From the IMG/VR virus record IMGVR_UViG_3300037755_000063, positions 1 through 37,429 of that record: 37,429 bases of DNA. One strand, written 5' to 3'. Source of the DNA: a virus (Duplodnaviria; Caudoviricetes). The notes below the pieces were generated by a model. That model had not been told where the DNA came from. It ran no database searches and worked only from the letters and a program-made list of their open reading frames with translations. The position numbers were made by a program, and so were the translations under genes. How positions within the stretch are numbered: the first letter of the stretch is position 1; each line of letters opens with the position of its first letter. Shown here piece by piece: positions 35,214 to 37,429 of the stretch.

Positions 35214-35915
35214 TCATTCCACCTTTTCTAAGGTTTTATTCAAATAGTCAATAAGTTTATAATCGAATTCTTTAGTACCTACATGCTTTAGGTTAATGCT
35301 TGGATCAATAAATATTTTACCACCACATTCATCTGTCCAACGACAATAGAAGGAAATGTCTTCTCCTAAGTAATTCCCATCAACTACTCTAATATCAAAA
35401 TAGCGAGTTAGGCGATCCTCATTACTTACAATTTCTTCAACGTAAGGTTTCATAGCAGTGAATACACTGCGATCTATGATAACGAAACCAGCACCAAATC
35501 CCAACACTTCAATGAGACCATCCTCATTGGTTTCTAAACAACGATCTTTCACTTTTAGAAAGAACTTAGGAGGGTCTTTCCTTACTGGATATACTGCCCC
35601 AACTATTGGGTATGCTAGCGCTCCGTTACCGGAGCTTGCTAATTTATGAGAATGACAAATTAGATTGATGGCATCTTGGGGTTTCCAGATGATGTCTCCA
35701 TCAATAAAGAACAACTTCTGGCAATCGGTTTCTTTTAGAAACCTATTCACCAACCTACTTCTACACAAATCAATCAGAGCACTTTCTGTGCCCCAAAGGA
35801 AATTAACTTGAACTCCTGCTGCTTTTAGGGAAGCTGTAGTGGAAGCTAGAGCAACTGCGCTTTCTATTGGCAACTTACCGTCATACACTGGAAATGTAAA
35901 ACAGACGGAATTCAT
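35214..35915 (-). CDS. GT-A fold glycosyltransferase (GT2-like)
   Basis: LFFIDGDI (DxD), GAGFVII-x-RSVF, GEDISF, L-x-HVG. Confidence 0.85.
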   Translation of the reverse strand: MNSVCFTFPVYDGKLPIESAVALASTTASLKAAGVQVNFLWGTESALIDLCRSRLVNRFLKETDCQKLFFIDGDIIWKPQDAINLICHSHKLASSGNGALAYPIVGAVYPVRKDPPKFFLKVKDRCLETNEDGLIEVLGFGAGFVIIDRSVFTAMKPYVEEIVSNEDRLTRYFDIRVVDGNYLGEDISFYCRWTDECGGKIFIDPSINLKHVGTKEFDYKLIDYLNKTLEKVE

Positions 35916-35916
35916 T

Positions 35917-36816
35917 CTAGTATTGTCTTCCCCGCCAAAATTGACTCCGTGATATATTTGGATAGCTTATACTATTCTCTAAGGAGGCGATTGGGGCATC
36001 TATTGTATCGTTGCCTTCTCCACCACTTGCTGTTACTGTAGGGGCGAATGTGCTCAGCAACAGAGTTGCTGTTGCTGGCGTCGCTGTTTGGTTTGCTGTT
36101 GCTGTAACGGTTGGTGCAAACAAACTTAATGCTAAACTTAATTTATTAGGTGTTACTAACTGATTCTCTGTTGCTGTAACCGTAGGAGCAAACAAAGAAG
36201 TTGTTAAACTCGCCGTACTCGGCGTCACTGTAATCCCAGAACCCCCTGTAACTGTAGGAGCAAATGGGCTTAATGTTAGTGTCGCTGTTGTTGGTGTAAC
36301 CAACTGATTTGCTGTCGTCGTGATTGTTGGAGCGAAGGAACTCAGCGACAACGCTGCTGTAGTTGGTGTAACTAATTCGTTCTGTGTTGCAGTGACAGTC
36401 GGTGCAAATGTAGCAGTTGTTAATGCAACAACATCTGGTGTAACTAATACACTAGCATCAGTGACTTCAACAGTTTCTGTTGAAGAAGTAACAGTATAAC
36501 TTCCACCACTGGTTGGTGCACCTACTATACGAATTGTATATGAACCAACTTCCGAACAATCAATAGTAATTGAATTCGCTGATGCTGAATTAGAATTGAC
36601 TAAGGGATTAGTATCAGCAGTAGTAAGTCCAGTCCCTGAAGAGGCAATAGTGACAAAACCTGCGCCACTATCGACCTCCCATTTCATATCATATCGTTGA
36701 ACTCCACCACCCCCGGCAAAACCAGGAGTACCAGTAAAGGTAAACTGATCGTTTACCGATGCGTCAACTGGCGCTGCAGGCGCACTGAGAGTAATACTAT
36801 TTAAAACTCGTGCCAT
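35917..36816 (-). CDS. Thr/Ser-rich virion protein: Ig-like N-terminus plus six 24-aa repeats
   Basis: Repeat consensus xVTPxxxxLxxSxFAPTVTxTxNQ. Confidence 0.7.
   Translation of the reverse strand: MARVLNSITLSAPAAPVDASVNDQFTFTGTPGFAGGGGVQRYDMKWEVDSGAGFVTIASSGTGLTTADTNPLVNSNSASANSITIDCSEVGSYTIRIVGAPTSGGSYTVTSSTETVEVTDASVLVTPDVVALTTATFAPTVTATQNELVTPTTAALSLSSFAPTITTTANQLVTPTTATLTLSPFAPTVTGGSGITVTPSTASLTTSLFAPTVTATENQLVTPNKLSLALSLFAPTVTATANQTATPATATLLLSTFAPTVTASGGEGNDTIDAPIASLENSISYPNISRSQFWRGRQY
36016..36447 (-). repeat. Six diverged 72-bp (24-codon) tandem coding repeats
   Basis: FAPT[V/I]T recurs every 24 residues, aa ~124-267. Confidence 0.85.
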
Positions 36817-36821
36817 CTAAT

Positions 36822-37247
36822 TTATGCTAACGTGAACACTCCGCTTGTATGAGCTGCAACAGTTAACGTATTACCGTCAGTAGCAGTCACATCTGCTGGA
36901 GTGTCATCTAATGTACAATAGCAAAGTACGTTACCACCTACTTCATAAAGCACTGCAAACCTAGCGACAATTGAACCACTTGAAGCCGTCCACACCGGGT
37001 CGGTATCAATATCTACTGTAACGGTTGTCGTTCCTGAAAGAGAGAACGTAACTGCAATACCACCAGCCGTATAGCCATTATTACCCGCGTGTTCATTGCT
37101 TACACCGGCAAAAGTTGTGCTACCAGCACCAATATCTGAGGTGGATAGGAACAACGCACATTTATATGTGTCACTGTCAATATCGAATGTTCCATCAAGT
37201 AAACTGGTTCTACCAGCATTGGTAAAACTCCATGCAGAAGCAGCCAT
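36822..37247 (-). CDS. Virion structural protein
   Basis: D-x2-SDTYK-x-AL, GYTAGG, W-x-AS-x-GSI-x-AR-x-AVLY; AAGGAG SD. Confidence 0.7.
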   Translation of the reverse strand: MAASAWSFTNAGRTSLLDGTFDIDSDTYKCALFLSTSDIGAGSTTFAGVSNEHAGNNGYTAGGIAVTFSLSGTTTVTVDIDTDPVWTASSGSIVARFAVLYEVGGNVLCYCTLDDTPADVTATDGNTLTVAAHTSGVFTLA

Positions 37248-37262
37248 ATATTTTTAATCTCC

Positions 37263-37427
37263 TTATGCTAATTGCCGGCGATTTAAACGGGCATATTTGG
37301 GGGAACGAACACCACCACCCCCATACATATTGTCAGCAATTAAATCAAATAAATCTCCATTACTAACAGCATCGGCTGTAGAAGTTGTTGAATGTGTTAA
37401 AGCACCTGTAGCTGCACCAGAAGATGG
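37263..37427 (-). CDS. 3' end of an upstream gene (partial)
   Basis: Open frame from the window edge, ...PKYARLNRRQLA then TAA at 37265-37263. Confidence 0.6.
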   Translation of the reverse strand, partial: PSSGAATGALTHSTTSTADAVSNGDLFDLIADNMYGGGGVRSPKYARLNRRQLA

Positions 37428-37429
37428 TG

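Noticed and set aside
1-37429. Stop-codon reassignment, CRISPR array, integrase or phage RNA polymerase
   Set aside because: Genes are intact under the standard code with all three stops used; no spaced repeat array or matching motifs were seen in this window

Overview
A 37.4-kb segment of a tailed dsDNA phage with podovirus-type organisation, made of two converging arms that meet at about 20,970. The + arm carries (i) a phiEco32-like amide/peptide-ligase operon (class I glutamine amidotransferase, COOH-NH2 ligase type 2, amidoligase, Ntn glutamine amidotransferase, ATP-grasp) interrupted by a LAGLIDADG-like ORF, (ii) a replication module (primase, SF4 helicase, a family A DNA polymerase split into two genes, SSB candidate, 5'-3' exonuclease, HNH nuclease) with two near-perfect sigma70 promoters, a deviant tRNA-Thr(UGU) and a GC-rich structured RNA candidate, and (iii) a nucleotide-metabolism cluster and a putative endolysin. 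The - arm carries virion genes: three ejection-type proteins (the largest with an HExxH metallopeptidase), P22 gp10/gp4-like tail parts, a tail-collar fibre, a GC-rich beta-helix tailspike, tandem Zn-finger paralogs, a glycosyltransferase and a Thr-rich repeat protein. The most unusual signals are in translation control. Key enzymes can only be complete if they start at ATT, ACG or CTG behind good Shine-Dalgarno (SD) sites. A recurrent design of a mini-ORF read through an SD-hiding hairpin occurs at five places, including a duplicated ~45-nt two-hairpin element. Insertions at gene starts appear to have captured native initiation regions. Three dispersed ORFs also look like a diverged CCG-motif GNAT-like paralog family. 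All family calls come from motif recognition by eye; no database search was run.
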